A stretch of DNA of 63,936 bases, the filler included, from Octopus bimaculoides (Eukaryota): NCBI RefSeq assembly GCF_001194135.2. It is 5 parts of 5 records of this genome, joined end to end, with 100 filler letters (N's around TTAATTAATTAA, not from the genome) between each part and the next. Parts side by side here need not be neighbours in the genome. Positions count along the whole stretch, not along the records: positions 19,460 to 33,759 come from NC_068996.1; positions 33,860 to 55,481 come from NC_068983.1; 3 more parts are not named here. The stretch is one strand, 5' to 3'. This document shows, one piece after another, positions 26,700 through 40,086 of the stretch. The translations under genes were made by a program, and so were the position numbers. The notes beneath the pieces are model-generated. The model was not told where the DNA came from, did not search any database, and saw only the letters and a list, made by a program, of their open reading frames with translations. Numbering within the stretch: the first letter of the stretch is position 1; every line of letters starts with the position of its first letter.

Positions 26700-27230
26700 A
26701 ACTTATTATATCGCCCCCTATGTAGAGCTGTCCTCTGTCACCGTGCACCTTCTGTCTTTCTCACACTTCACTTCACCTCATACCTACCCACCCAACCAGT
26801 TTTGGTTCTCTGCTCCCACTTTCCTATTCTCTCTTTATCCACTTTTTTGTACTTTAGGGGTATGTCCTGATACCACCATCATTTCCTTCTGGGTTACCCA
26901 TGTGTCATCTCTACAGCAAGACACTTGTTTCTGTCCCACTTTTCCATTTCAGCTTTTTTACACCTAGCATAAAGCCACTTCCCACCATACAACATCCCCC
27001 AACACTGTGAAGGGGGTTTTGCTTTGCAAGTTAACAGGTGAACTCACTAGTGCTGGTGCCACAGAAAAAAACTCAAGTATACTCTGTGAAGTGATTGACA
27101 TTAGGAAGGGCATATCAAAACAGTCAATGGAAGCATGGTGTAAGTCTTCTGCCTTGCCAACTCCTGTCAAACCATCCAACCTATGCTAGCATGGAAAGCA
27201 GACATCAAATAATTACAATGATGATGATTC
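26700..27230 (+). mobile_element. RTE LINE long 3'UTR remnant
   Basis: Blocks match the reverse complement of 36600-37100 (ctctacagcaagacacttgtttct; ttgcaagtt...gtgctggtgcca); ends in a gatgatgat tail. Confidence 0.65.
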
Positions 27231-28207
27231 AGCTGTAGAAACCTTGTCAAAGCAGACATTAGAGACCAACACTGAATGTGAAGCTAGTCAGATCATGTTC
27301 AACCATCCAGTCCCTGCCCATGCAGAGAACAAATGTTAAATAACAATGATGAAGTGGATAATAGCTGTGTTTAAGAAGTTTGTTTCTTAATCCAAAGACA
27401 TTAGCCAAAGTGGTTGCTTTGCAGCCATTGTGGTTTTTGGGTATAGTACCCTAGCACAGCACCTTGGGTGAGTGTCTTCTACTATAACTTTGGGCTGACC
27501 AAAGCTTTGTGTGGGTAGAGAGAGAGAAAGACAGAGACAGAAAGATAGGAAACAGAGAAAGAATGTGATAGAAGGGCAAAGAGAGGAGGGGAGAGTGGGA
27601 TAGAGAAGCAGAGAAAAAAGGGGAGAGAGAAAGAGAGAGGGGAAGAGAAAGGGAGAGAGATAGAGGGAGAGAGAAAGAAAGAGAAAGAGAGAAAGAGAGA
27701 GAAAGAGAGAGAAAGAGAGAGGGAGAAAGAAAGAGGGAGAGAGAGAGAGAGAGAAAGAAGGAGGGAAAGAGTACTGAGATGATTTAAATCATAAATGTCA
27801 GACTCCTAAAGATTATATCAGGAAATTTTAATAAAATGTTATGTTTATATAACCATGATGTTGCATGTGCCACAGAAGAAATCATAGAGGGCCACGTGCA
27901 GGGTACCAATGTCTGCCATAATTCCCCTTTGATTTGCCTATCTATTAAGATGTCAGATATATTCATTCATTTCATTCCACCACCATCACCACCATTTATT
28001 TTAATCCTTTTTCAATGTTATTTGAATTAACACAAAAAGTATTTTTATTGAAGTGTTTAACAGTTTTTTGTTTTGTTTTGTTTTGTAGCTCTATTCTTCA
28101 TTTACAAACTTTGTTTATTGTTTTTGAAATTTGAATAAATTTCTGCTTTTTTTCAGTTTATATGACCATTGAGTGCCACAAGTGGAAATAAAGAAAAAAA
28201 AAAGCTT

Positions 28208-28593
28208 ACAGATATGGCTTTGTGGTTAAGAAGTTTACTTTGTAACCATGTGGTTTGGGTATAAGTTCCACTATGTGGTTCTTTGGGCCAAGTATCTTCT
28301 ACTTTAGCCTCAGGCCAGCCAAAGCCTTATAAGTGAAACTGTGTGGAAACCTTTGTATACATACATACATACATACATACATACATACATACATACATGA
28401 TGGCCGTCCACTCGTGACTGAGGAAGACCATTGCCGACCTTCAGGAACATTGTGCGCTCTAGTGGTTGGTGTTAGGAAGGGTATCCAACCATAAAAATCA
28501 TGTTAAATAGACAGTGGAGTTTGGTGCAGCTCTCTGGCTTACCAACTCTTGTCAAATTGTCCAAAGCATGCCAGCAAAGAAGAATGACATTAA

Positions 28594-28639
<46 letters not shown>

Positions 28640-28960
28640 CGATGATGATGACGATGATGATGTTGATGATGATGATGATATGTATGTATGATATGTATGT
28701 GATGATATAGTGTGTGTGAGTCTTTGTGTTTGTGGTTGCCCCCCCGCCACACACACACTACATGATAACCAGTGTTGGTTTGTTTATTGTTCCAAAACAT
28801 TAATGGTTTAGCAAAAGAGACCAATTAAATAAGTACCAGACTTTAAAAAATATAAGCATTGGGGATCAATTTATTTGACTGAACTCTCTGAAGTAGTGCC
28901 CCAGCATGGCCGCAGTCTAGCGACTGAAATGGATAAAAGATAAAAAAATAAATAAAAGAT
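28208..28960 (+). mobile_element. SINE family A interrupted by two LINE 3' ends
   Basis: Head 28208-28345 and body 28710-28960. Between them: (TACA)n plus 28398-28462 (matches 60400-60465, minus strand), and an RTE 3'UTR with (GAT)n tail at 28463-28680. Confidence 0.75.
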
Positions 28961-29586
28961 GAATTTGAAGGCCCCCAGCAGTAATGTACTTTCTAGACCT
29001 TATGTCTTTTAATGAATCTTTGTAAATTTCTATTTCTCTATATTTATTTTTCTTTTACTTATCTTTCACTGTAGCAATATCTTGCAGAAATCTTCCCTTC
29101 TAAAATCCCATTTCAAAATCCTGAAAATGAATTAATGAATTATTTTATCTTTTCTGAAAATATAGAAATGAATATGATATTTTTTTTCTTTTTTTGTCAG
29201 AGGAAAAGGTGTTTAAATTGATAACATCTAAATGGCAGTGCCAACATTTTCTTAAATCTTAGGAATGTTAGATTAGTCAGCAGTGTTGCTTTTCTAACAC
29301 TTTTTATAAAATTCTCTACATTTTCCAAGATAAAATAATTGGTATCATTCGCAATTTATTTTAAACCATTTTTGCAACGTTGGATATTTTAATCATAATT
29401 TCTCCATTGAAGAATATTTTCCCTTTTCTGTTACCTAGCTTGACACTACCACAAAGTCTTTAGGTGCTTTTATGAAAGGATTCTACTCTTGTCTTTGGTT
29501 TGAAAACACTATTTTCTTGTCACTTCCTATATGACTTGGAGAGTCTGGAAATGGTCATGGACATAGACCTTTCTCCTGGCTAAGCA

Positions 29587-29632
<46 letters not shown>

Positions 29633-29756
29633 TACAAAATGGGACAAGAACGCAAAACATCCAGACAGTTAGGTGATACAAGAAAGGGACAACAAAACAT
29701 CCAGATAGACGATACAAAGAAAACAAGGACAGGTCATTCGGAGTTTTCTTTCATCA

Positions 29757-29791
<35 letters not shown>

Positions 29792-30116
29792 CTGTGTCAA
29801 AGTGCTACTAAGAACAATGACACACATACACACACACAAACACACACACTCACACACACACACACACACACATACACACACAAACACACACATGTGCATA
29901 TAAGGATACAGATCATAAAACAGAATATGGAATAAGCAGAGCAAGAGCACACATGAAGTTGAAAAGTGTCACTGAGGAGGTCACAGATGTGTGATGAAAG
30001 ATTTCTGGACAATGGCCATGAGTTAGAATAAGAACAGCAATAAACAAGTGAAGAAGGAATATGTAGTGCGTGCGTTTACTTGGCAAAAAAAAAAATGGCC
30101 ATCCCGGAATACAAGA

Positions 30117-30220
<104 letters not shown>

Positions 30221-30267
30221 TATATATATCATATACATATTAATACGTATATATACATATACATATA

Positions 30268-31156
30268 TGAGGTCTGATCAATAAGTACCTTGGCTGTTGC
30301 CATAGTAACAAAACTAAAGAATGCAGAGTGAAACCACTTGGCACAGATTGAACCTGACCTCTGTTGTGCATGTACACTAGGTTTTAATGTTCTAGCTCAC
30401 TTCCCCTGTTTACAACAGTGCTTGGAAATAACGTGTGTAACGCGTGATTGTCATATTGACCATGACAGAAAAAGTTGTCATGGTGATACCTGCTCAGAGG
30501 CCCACACAAAGTTGCAGAAAGTGTACGGAGAGTTGCACACAAATGTACAAGTGTTTCAGACGTTTCCAAGATGGCTGAAAAAATGTTGATAGTAATAAAC
30601 GTTCTGGGAGACTTGCAACCAGCAGAGCTGAGAAAAACATCACAGATGTATGTGCAGTTGTGAAAGGAAGTGGTTGAATCACCATCTGTGAATTATCAAA
30701 GGATGTGCAGATTAGTTATGGCTCAGTTCAGTTCAGTCCATTATCAGTGAAGATTTGGGTATGAGATGTGTGTCTACCAAGTTTGTGCCAAAACTGCTTT
30801 CAGCTGACCAAAAAGACACTCGGGTTTCAGTTGCACAAGATCTCCTTGATTGTGTCGAGAACAATGAAAACTTTTTGAAACGTTTGTGTAGGCCTCAGAG
30901 TAGGTATCACTAAGCTTTTGGCAAAATTTGATGCAGATTCTCTGTTCAACTTTCTCCATCATGGTCAATGCAATGATCACATGTTATACATGTTACTTCC
31001 AGGCACTGCTGTAATCAGCAGAAGTGAGCTAGAATGTTAAATCTTAGTGCATATGCATGGCAGAGTTCAAGGTCAATCTGTGCCAAGCAGCTTCACTCTG
31101 TGTGTTTTAGCTTCGTTACAATGGCAACAGTCTAGATACTTATTGATCAAACCATG
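30268..31156. mobile_element. Mariner-derived element made of two inverted 5' ends
   Basis: TA-flanked. Plus strand 30268-30882 encodes N-terminal transposase remnants (EAHTKLQKVYG...DLGMRCVSTKFVPKLLSADQK). Minus strand 30883-31156 is the same TIR and 5'UTR plus MEKVEQRICIKFCQKL. Confidence 0.85.
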
Positions 31157-31189
31157 TATATGTATAGACACATATACATACATTATATA

Positions 31190-31262
<73 letters not shown>

Positions 31263-31313
31263 GTAAATTTATATCTATCTATCTACGTGGGGGTGTGTGC
31301 ACATGTGGGTGTG

Positions 31314-31354
<41 letters not shown>

Positions 31355-31439
31355 ATACATATAGTTATCTAAGAATCCATAAGTCAGAAAATCCGGGTAC
31401 TTTCCCTGAACCTAAAATCTTGTGTAGGTAAGATCTTTT

Positions 31440-32092
31440 CCCTAAATGCAGGGTTTCAAAAAATATAAAGAATACATACTTTTAGGGTTTCCTTTAGCTA
31501 CTTACCCAATATAAAGGAAAGCTTAGTGGTTAGGTCCATGCTTGAGATATAAGCAGGTGGATTATGCAGAGGTAACACTGTATATCCACCTAACAGTCTT
31601 TGAAACATAGAGACCATCATATATGGGGCAGAAGTGATGTCAAAGATTCTCAGCAGGCAGATGGGTGTGTGGAAATATATGAATGTAACAGAGAACCAGA
31701 TTTAATAACTGCAAGTCCACCTTTAATATTCAGGGAAGGCAAAATGTCACAGCTCTAGCTAGGCATGTATGGTCACTGGAAGGAAGCAACATGGATTAAA
31801 GCATCAAGTGAAGAGTAATGGAGAAACACAAACGTTACTTCAATATCTGTAGGAGGTGCAAACTAAGGTTGGTGAAGAAAACATCCTTCAAAACTTCCAT
31901 GCTTCCAGAAATTTGTCAACAGTACACCTGATGCCCGCCACCCCCATTTCTTCTAATTATTTCTTTTTTAAAACATTTTCACTGTTCACTTCCAGTACAT
32001 TTTCTCTGTACTGTTCATGAAGTTCAGTTACTTTTTCTGAGTTGTTGTGCACCTGAGCACTGTATACAATAAATTCATTATTATTAAATTAT
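31440..32092 (+). mobile_element. Penelope-like element remnant (GIY-YIG endonuclease C-terminus and 3' tail)
   Basis: NVTALARHVWSLEGSNMD*SIK*RVMEKHKRYFNICRRCKL resembles the PLE T.LS..IW.LK....SIKW.I...Y....C.LC motif; VSFSYLPNIK lies upstream; ends in an attattatt tail. Confidence 0.7.
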
Positions 32093-32294
32093 ACTAAGGA
32101 ACTTTCTTCAAGATACCTACCTAAACTGTAAAAGCAAGATTTTCTGATATTTTCACAGGAAAAAAAGGTCTGAAAAGATGCTGTAAAGCTAAGCGCTTCA
32201 TGGATGTAAAACTTTGGGTAACTCCATAGACCAGCCATAATTATCTTTATCTAATTATACTACTGCTTTATAACTTATATGGATGTAACTATGT

Positions 32295-32515
32295 GCGCAT
32301 GTCTTTGTGTCTGTGTTTGTCACCCCTGACCACTTGACAACCAGTGTTGGTTTGTTTATGTCCCTGTAACCTAGTGGTTTGGTAAAAAGAGAGCAATGAA
32401 GCAAGTACCAGGCTTTACCAAAAATAAAAAAAATGATAAGTACTAGATTGATTTGTTCAACAAAACCCTGCAAGGTAGTGCCCCAGCATGGCCACAGTTC
32501 AATGAATGAAACATG
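32295..32515 (+). mobile_element. SINE family A, 3' half, degenerate
   Basis: gtgtctgtgtttgtc...gacaaccagtgttgg...gtgccccagcatggccacagt. Confidence 0.7.
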
Positions 32516-32647
32516 ACAACTGGCTATATGTGCAGGTAGGACAGAAAAGTAGTTATTTTGGTTGCTGTATGGTATGATTGTAAAGAGCAAATTTGTGCAT
32601 GAGTATATGTGTATATATGTGCACATAAAATAAAAATAAATGTGCCC

Positions 32648-32888
32648 TTTTAAAGCTTAGCCAGGCTCATGGGCCCGGTTTCCCAGTTTCAATGGCGTAT
32701 GTGTTCCCCAGCTGGACGGGATGCTAGTCCATCGCAGCATTACTCATTTTTGCCAGCTGAGTGGACTGGAGCAACGTGAAATGAAGTGTTTTGCTCAAGA
32801 ACACAACGCGTCGCCCAGTTCAGGAATCGAAACCACAATCCTACAATCATGGTGCTGAAACCCTAACCACTAGGCCACGCACCTCCAC
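32648..32888 (-). mobile_element. tRNA-derived SINE sharing the family C head, with a different body
   Basis: Minus strand: gtggcctagtggttagggt...ggtttcgattcc (A/B boxes), then gcgatggactagcatcccgtccag...gaaactggg. Confidence 0.85.
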
Positions 32889-33050
32889 ACATATGTGCAC
32901 ATAAGTGTTTGATAAAGTTGTATGTATAAAGGAAAATTATGCAGATAGACAGATTAAATATAACAGCTTGAGTTTGATATACAGAGCATATATATGTATG
33001 TATTGTTGTGTCTGGGGAGAGTCATTCTCTTTTAATGCCTTATTAGTTAA

Positions 33051-33200
33051 CATATTCCATGTCAACGAAAGCCAGGTACAGAGGTTTATCTTTGGCTAGG
33101 TATTTCTCCTGAAGCTGTCTTACCAGAAATATAGCATCAGTGGTGCTTTTCCCAGGCACGAACCCAAACTGTATCTCATCTAAACTGACTCGCTCCCAGA
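33051..33200 (-). mobile_element. RTE reverse-transcriptase fragment
   Basis: LDEIQFGFVPGKSTTDAIFLVRQLQEKYLAKDKPLYLAFVDME, homologous to ORF 38584-38811. Confidence 0.85.
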
Positions 33201-33237
33201 TAGATAGATAGATAGAGAGAGAGAGATAGAGATATTT

Positions 33238-33272
<35 letters not shown>

Positions 33273-33759
33273 GTTAATATATATATATACATGTAAACAG
33301 CAACAAAGCAAAGACTGAAGATTTTCAGATGATGAATATTTAAATATAAATATTTAGATATTTACGTATTAATCAATCATGCTTACACAGAGTACAAATG
33401 ACAGACCAAACTAAAGTGGAGGAGGTTAGGTGCTATAAATCCAACAGCTGTTTCTGGGAGCTCAGAGATCCATCATAATATTGGTAGATGTAGTTCACCA
33501 AAATATCCAAAATGCAAGCAAATAAACATTGGATAAATCAAGCCTCAGGGTAGGAAAAAATCTTAAATTTTAGATCATGATGCAAAGAAGATGAAAGGTG
33601 TATATATGTATATTTTTGTATGCATATGCATGTAACTTTGCTTGTATTTGTGCACCTATATGCATGTGAATGATATATCTAATGGGTCTGGTGCAAAATG
33701 TGCTTGGGTGTGTGCATGTAACTGTATATGTGCAAGGGAAAGGTTGCGGGGGGGGGGGG

Positions 33760-33859
33760 NNNNNNNNNNNNNNNNNNNNNNNNNNNNNNNNNNNNNNNNN
33801 NNNTTAATTAATTAANNNNNNNNNNNNNNNNNNNNNNNNNNNNNNNNNNNNNNNNNNNN
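33760..33859. other. Artificial scaffold-join linker
   Basis: N44-TTAATTAATTAA-N44. Confidence 0.95.
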
Positions 33860-34079
33860 ACATGTGTAGGAATTAAAGGAACTTTTATTGACATGCGTTC
33901 TGCTCCATTTATTATTATCCATATCTTCTCAAAATGTATCACTTTAACTTGGTATATCTACCTGTAAAACGGCTGTGATATCTTGTTTTTTAGTGTAATT
34001 TTGCTACCTCTGGTAACTATTAACGTATTTAAATTATCGAAAGTTTTAATAACTGAGATAATATTAATATATACATAAA

Positions 34080-34083
<4 letters not shown>

Positions 34084-34130
<47 letters not shown>

Positions 34131-34314
34131 ATACATATATATATACATACATATATATACACATACATGCACACACACATACACACACACACACATATAT
34201 ACATGTACATACACACATACATACACATATACACACATACATGCACATACACACATGTATACATACATATATACACATACATATACACATGCACACATAG
34301 ATGTGTCTACATGC

Positions 34315-34370
<56 letters not shown>

Positions 34371-34800
34371 GTACATTCACACACGCACATACATATACAT
34401 ACACACACACATATATATATACACATAAACACACACACACCCATACCTAACACTCACAATCCCACACATACATGCACATGCACACACATACACACACACG
34501 CACACACCCACATACACACACACACGCACACACTTCTCACCAACACTACACACTCACACAGACACGCATACAATCACACACACAGGGGCATAAACAACAC
34601 ACGCACATACAGTAGCAAACGCACGCACACACACGTACACAGCAATGCACATATACACAACATACACATACACACAAACACACACGCACACACAAAAACA
34701 CACATACACACATACGCACATACAAAATACACACACACACGTACACGTACCCAACACCTACAACCCCACACAAACACGAACACACACATACTCAAAAAAC
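34084..34800. repeat. Degenerate (TA)n/(CA)n low-complexity block
   Basis: Seen directly; it explains the His/Thr-rich ORFs. Confidence 0.92.
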
Positions 34801-35576
34801 CACCTGTTGACCTTCTACCTAACACTGTCTATAAGCGTCCACTAACCATCCCTGCTACTAATTCCTTCCACTATGTCATACACACACACACACACACANN
34901 NNNNNNNNNNNNNNNNNNNNNNNNNNNNNNNNNNNNNNNNNNNNNNNNNNNNNNNNNNNNNNNNNNNNNNNNNNNNNNNNNNNNNNNNNNNNNNNNNNNN
35001 NNNNNNNNNNNNNNNNNNNNNNNNNNNNNNNNNNNNNNNNNNNNNNNNNNNNNNNNNNNNNNNNNNNNNNNNNNNNNNNNNNNNNNNNNNNNNNNNNNNN
35101 NNNNNNNNNNNNNNNNNNNNNNNNNNNNNNNNNNNNNNNNNNNNNNNNNNNNNNNNNNNNNNNNNNNNNNNNNNNNNNNNNNNNNNNNNNNNNNNNNNNN
35201 NNNNNNNNNNNNNNNNNNNNNNNNNNNNNNNNNNNNNNNNNNNNNNNNNNNNNNNNNNNNNNNNNNNNNNNNNNNNNNNNNNNNNNNNNNNNNNNNNNNN
35301 NNNNNNNNNNNNNNNNNNNNNNNNNNNNNNNNNNNNNNNNNNNNNNNNNNNNNNNNNNNNNNNNNNNNNNNNNNNNNNNNNNNNNNNNNNNNNNNNNNNN
35401 NNNNNNNNNNNNNNNNNNNNNNNNNNNNNNNNNNNNNNNNNNNNNNNNNNNNNNNNNNNNNNNNNNNNNNNNNNNNNNNNNNNNNNNNNNNNNNNNNNNN
35501 NNNNNNNNNNNNNNNNNNNNNNNNNNNNNNNNNNNNNNNNNNNNNNNNNNNNNNNNNNNNNNNNNNNNNNNNNNNN

Positions 35577-35611
<35 letters not shown>

Positions 35612-36059
35612 TGTTTATACATTAGTATATATGCACATGTGTATACATATACGTACATGTGTATGTATTTGTATATATGTGTGTGTGTATATGTATATAT
35701 ATTGGGAGAGACAGAGAGAGAGGGAATATATGTGTGTGCATGTATGTATGTACTTACATATATATGCATAGGTGTATGTATGTAAGTATAATATATTCAT
35801 TTTCATCCCTACTGCAATCTACTACATTGTTTGTTGAAAATATATATTGAAAAATAAAAAAAGAAAGAAAATCAAAATCTTTTGTAAATATATGTGATAA
35901 ATTCATTCTAAAACCAAAATATTTAATGAATAAAGAAAGGGAACTGATAATAAGAAACAAAATGAGTCACATGAGCTTTGTTTTCTTTTGTCTGTTATTC
36001 AATTCTCCCACCCCTGTGGGCATGTATTTTGTACACTTGCTTTCTAGTCTTCTTTTTTA

Positions 36060-36500
36060 GTATATTTGCTGTGTGATATTTTCTGTTAGTTTCCACACTT
36101 GATGAGAGAATATATTCAGCAGCTGAATTATGATTTCAGCTTTCCCTTTCCTTATTTTTATGCGGAAGTATGCCCATGACCTTCATAGCCCCATCAAAAC
36201 TAGTGAAATTGATGTTCTTTTTATATAATCCTTGCTCAATATCTGCAAGAAATACAGAAGTATATTGTTGGGAGGTAACCCACAGGCTTGATGTTCTGTT
36301 GTAAAATATTGGGAAAAATGGGTAGTGTGGAGCCTGAGTAGTAAGATATTGTTAGAGTTATGGGTGGGTTTGAGTAGAGATAGTATGCATCTAGCTAGGT
36401 CAAGAAAGCAGCAGTTATTGTAGGTAGATCAGATAGTGAGGAGAAAGTATGCCTATGAATCAGAGGTTGTAGTGTGCTGATGAGTGATTCTTTACCTATC
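36060..36500 (-). mobile_element. Probable CR1-type LINE 3' end, highly degenerate
   Basis: Minus-strand LQPLIHRHTFSSL...KRTSI resembles the CR1 C-terminal L.PL.HRR.V.SL...FKRNIN; many stops. Confidence 0.45.
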
Positions 36501-36577
36501 AGATAGTTTTATTTTTGAAGTGGTCTTGTTGTATTCATTGTATCCTTATCATGTTTCCTTGTCAAATTTCTAAATTA

Positions 36578-39275
36578 TCATCTTCATCATCATCGCTTAA
36601 CATTTGCCTTCCATGCTGGCATGGATTGGACAGTTTGACAGCAGCTGGCCAGGAAGGAGCCAGAGTTGACTTCTGTGTCTGTTTAGGCAGAGTTTCTACT
36701 GCTGGATGCCCTTCCTAATACCAACCACCCAGCAGAGTGGACAGAGTGCTTTTTATGTGGCACAACCACAGATGAGGTCATTTTTGGCATGTTTTATACA
36801 GCTAGATGCTCTTCCAATTGCCAAACACTTTACAGTGTGGACTGGATGATTTTTGCATGGTACCAACACTGGCAGAGTCACCAAGTAACTTGCAAGACAA
36901 AGATCCTTTGAGAGGAGAGGGGTCATTGGAGGAGGTGATCTTGTGTCACATGATGAAAGATTTGAATGTGACGGAGAGACAAAGAGGCAGAAATGGTTAC
37001 CTGACTAGAGAGAGAGAGTGATCATGAATGAGGATAGAAACAGGTGTGCTGCTATAGAGGAGATATATGGCTATCTAGCTTGAGGGAATATTAAGAGAGA
37101 GAGAGATAGTGGGAGACAGTAAGAGTGCAAGAGAGAGATGGTGGTGAAGTGCTGGGGTATACTAACTGAAGCAGGGATGAGAATATAAATGGGATGGTAA
37201 AGGAAGAGAGAGATAGATGGTGGTGAGTGCCATGGCATACCCTCAAGGTATGGAAGCTATAATATAAGTGACAGGGTATTGCCAAAGAAGCATAAGGGCC
37301 ACGAGTAGTGCAGTGACTATGAAAACCTGGGTATATGGAGGGGGTGGGGGACTACAGGATAGCAATGATACAGTGTACAGGGCCGTGGGGACAGGATTGG
37401 GGAGTGAAAGATAAGCTTAGTGCATAAAAGAAGAAATGTGAGAAAGAGAAGAGATGTAGTTTGGTTTTTTGGGATAGGCTGTGTGGAAAGGTTTATTGCT
37501 ACATGTGGGTGAAGCATACAGACTTTTAGAACTCAGTTTTGTTGGTGTGGGTGGGTCTTCTCAAGAACCTCATATTGCCAGTCATCTCAGCCCATCGTTA
37601 TTTCCTCTATGAGGCCCAACAACTGAGATTGATCCTTACCACTTCATCTCATGTTTTCCTGAGTCTCCCTCTTCCACAGACACCATCCACTTTGTCTTCA
37701 TTCATATGTGTCACATGTCCAAACCAATGTAGTCTTCTCTCTTGCATGCTGCATTTGATTCCTCTCATGCCCAACTTTTCTCTCAACACATTTGCACTTT
37801 GTTGTATATGCACACTGATGCTGCACATCCAACAGAGCATACTGCATTCATTTCTCTCTAGTCTATGCATGCCTTCTGCATTCAGAGCCCATGTCTCTCT
37901 ACCATATCTCACTACCATTTGTACACAGGCATCATAGCATCTACCTTTCACTCCGAGAGTCCTTTTGTTCCCAACTGAGGTAATACCTCTATCCTATTCT
38001 TATTCAGGAAACAATACTTTCAAAACACCCTCCACCATTGCTAATTTGGCCACCTAGGTAAGTGAAACTGTCTACAACCTCAAGAGAGCCTCCTTGGCAT
38101 TTGAGAGAGTCTAAGTCCTGTGTGTGCTTAGTGCTTATTGTTCCTGCACATCTGCCACATAGAAAGATGACTTTATCTGTTAATCTACCTGTGATTCTAC
38201 TACACCTCGTATGTGTCCATAGCTTACACTGGGTGCAGCAAATAGAATTATCTCCGAGTCCTTCCATATTGAGCAGGGCCATTTAACCAACGGAAAGAGA
38301 GTGTTGTCTTCTTTCTTGCTAACAACAACTTTAGTCTTTATTAGATTAACTTTAAAGCCCTTTGATTCCAGGTTTTGCTTCCACACGTGGAATTTCTTCT
38401 CCAATTCTGCCTCAGATTTTGCAATAAGACCAAGGTCATCAGCATATTGCAATTCCCATGGGCATCCAGTTTTGAATTCCCATGTTGTGGCTGAGAACCC
38501 CTACTTGTATACAAAATTCATAACTGTATTCATGGCTGACTCTCACCTTACTGACAGCACCACTGAACATGGCTTGTACAGCTCTAAGAAGCCACTCCTC
38601 TACTCCTAACTTCTTTAGAGACCACCAGATAACAGTGGAGGTCTCTATTAAAAGCTTTCTCCAGGTCAACAGAAGCTGAGTACAATGGCTTACTTTTGAC
38701 CAAATACTTTTTCTGCAGCTGTCTCACTAGGAAGATGGCATTTGTAGTACTACTCTTTCCGGGTACCAAACCAGACTGCATCTCATCAAGTTTAATTCTA
38801 TTCCTAATCAATTGAGCTATAACTCTCTTTGTAATTTTCGTGATGTGATCCAGCAGCTTGATACCTCTGTAGTTGTTTTTATCTAAGACAACACCTTTAC
38901 CCTTGTAGCAACTAACTATAATACTACAACATCAGTAATTGGGGAATAACCTGATACAGGTGACTAGGCTGTATCCTGCACCACTGGATATTTTAATCAT
39001 CTCGCAGTGATTTCTGATGACCCAGGGGCTTTTCCTGTCTTCATATCCTTAATTGCTTCATCTATTATACTGTTATCAACTTCGATGGCTAGTCCCTCAA
39101 TCAGTTTGTTATTTGAAAGACTCTCCTTTTCCCATTCAGTTTCCACATTCAGTAACCTTTCATAGTGACACTTCCATGAATCACTGAGTGGAAGCAAACC
39201 ATTATCCATTTGCACACATTTCTCACCCACCACATCTCTATTTTCTGATACACTGCTTTGCAATCCTGAACAATT
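36578..39275 (-). mobile_element. 5'-truncated RTE LINE (RT, PHD-like insert, long 3'UTR, (GAT)n tail), frameshifted
   Basis: ORFs 38997-39263, 38584-38811, 38180-38452 (QYADD), 38004-38282 and 37649-37951; tail atcatcatc at 36578. Confidence 0.93.
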
Positions 39276-39381
39276 CTGAATAATATAAATTCCTTTAAGG
39301 TTTAATTATTGGCTCAACTGCTTAAGCTGTTTACAAATGTTTTTATAAATAAAATCTATTAGCCAAACATCATAAGAGATA

Positions 39382-40086
39382 TGAGGTACTTTCCAGATAT
39401 TTTGATACTTTTTTAAGAGAGGAAGTTATAATTGTCTTAGATTATTGTAATTTTAGTATATTATTACTATACATCTAATTAGCTGATCTCTCAACTGACA
39501 ATTTGGAAGCTCTCTATGCAATAAAGTTTTGTGTTAAACTGTGCAAAAATGCTGCAGAAACTTATGAAATGCTCCAAACTGCTTATGGATTAACTTGTAT
39601 GAGCCAAGCATCAGTTTTTCATCAGTACAAGAGGCCATGCAGAGCAAGGTCCATCAGGAAACTCGTGTTGCTCCCTTTTTTTCCACAGGAAGGCCATCAT
39701 CTACATCCACTGAGTTCCCTCTGGCCAGGTGGTCAACAAAGAGTACTTTGAGGAGGATTTGAGGGAGTTCTGGAAGAGATTTTGTTGTAAAAGCCCAGAG
39801 AACCTGCAACAGGACAATGCACCTGTCCACAGTTCAATCCTGGTAAACAACCACTTGATAGAGATGGCCACCAAAACTGTCCTCCACCCTCCCTACAGAC
39901 CTTGCTTCCTATGACTTTTAGTTCCTCCTAAAGATGAGGAAGCTATGACAAGGGTCCTGGACACCTTTGCTTTGGAGGACTTCCATGAGTCCTTCACGAA
40001 GTGGCTGGAGCATTACAAGTGCACTGAAGTTCGAGGATACTACTTTGAAAGAAATTAGAGTTTCAAAACTTCTGGAATGCACCTTG
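39382..40086 (+). mobile_element. Internally deleted mariner remnant
   Basis: TA-flanked imperfect TIRs (tgaggtactttccagatattttgatact / caaggtgcattccagaagttttgaaact); YAIKFCVKLCKNAAETYEMLQTAYG, QQDNAPVHSS and LHPPY motifs. Confidence 0.85.

Noticed and set aside
27860-27925. GTLHVALYDF, reminiscent of an SH3 start
   Set aside because: The following residues do not fit SH3 and there are no supporting splice sites.
33100-33185. Plus-strand exon candidate VFLLKLSYQKYSISG
   Set aside because: It is the antisense of an RTE RT fragment.
33400-33500. Further hammerhead-like motif (GAAACAGCTGT) on the minus strand
   Set aside because: The CUGANGA core is not intact; at most a decayed PLE fragment.
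36137-36242. Strong minus-strand acceptor with frame DIEQGLYKKNINFTSFDGAMK
   Set aside because: It lies within the apparent CR1 3' end and hits a stop after 35 codons; better explained as LINE remnant.
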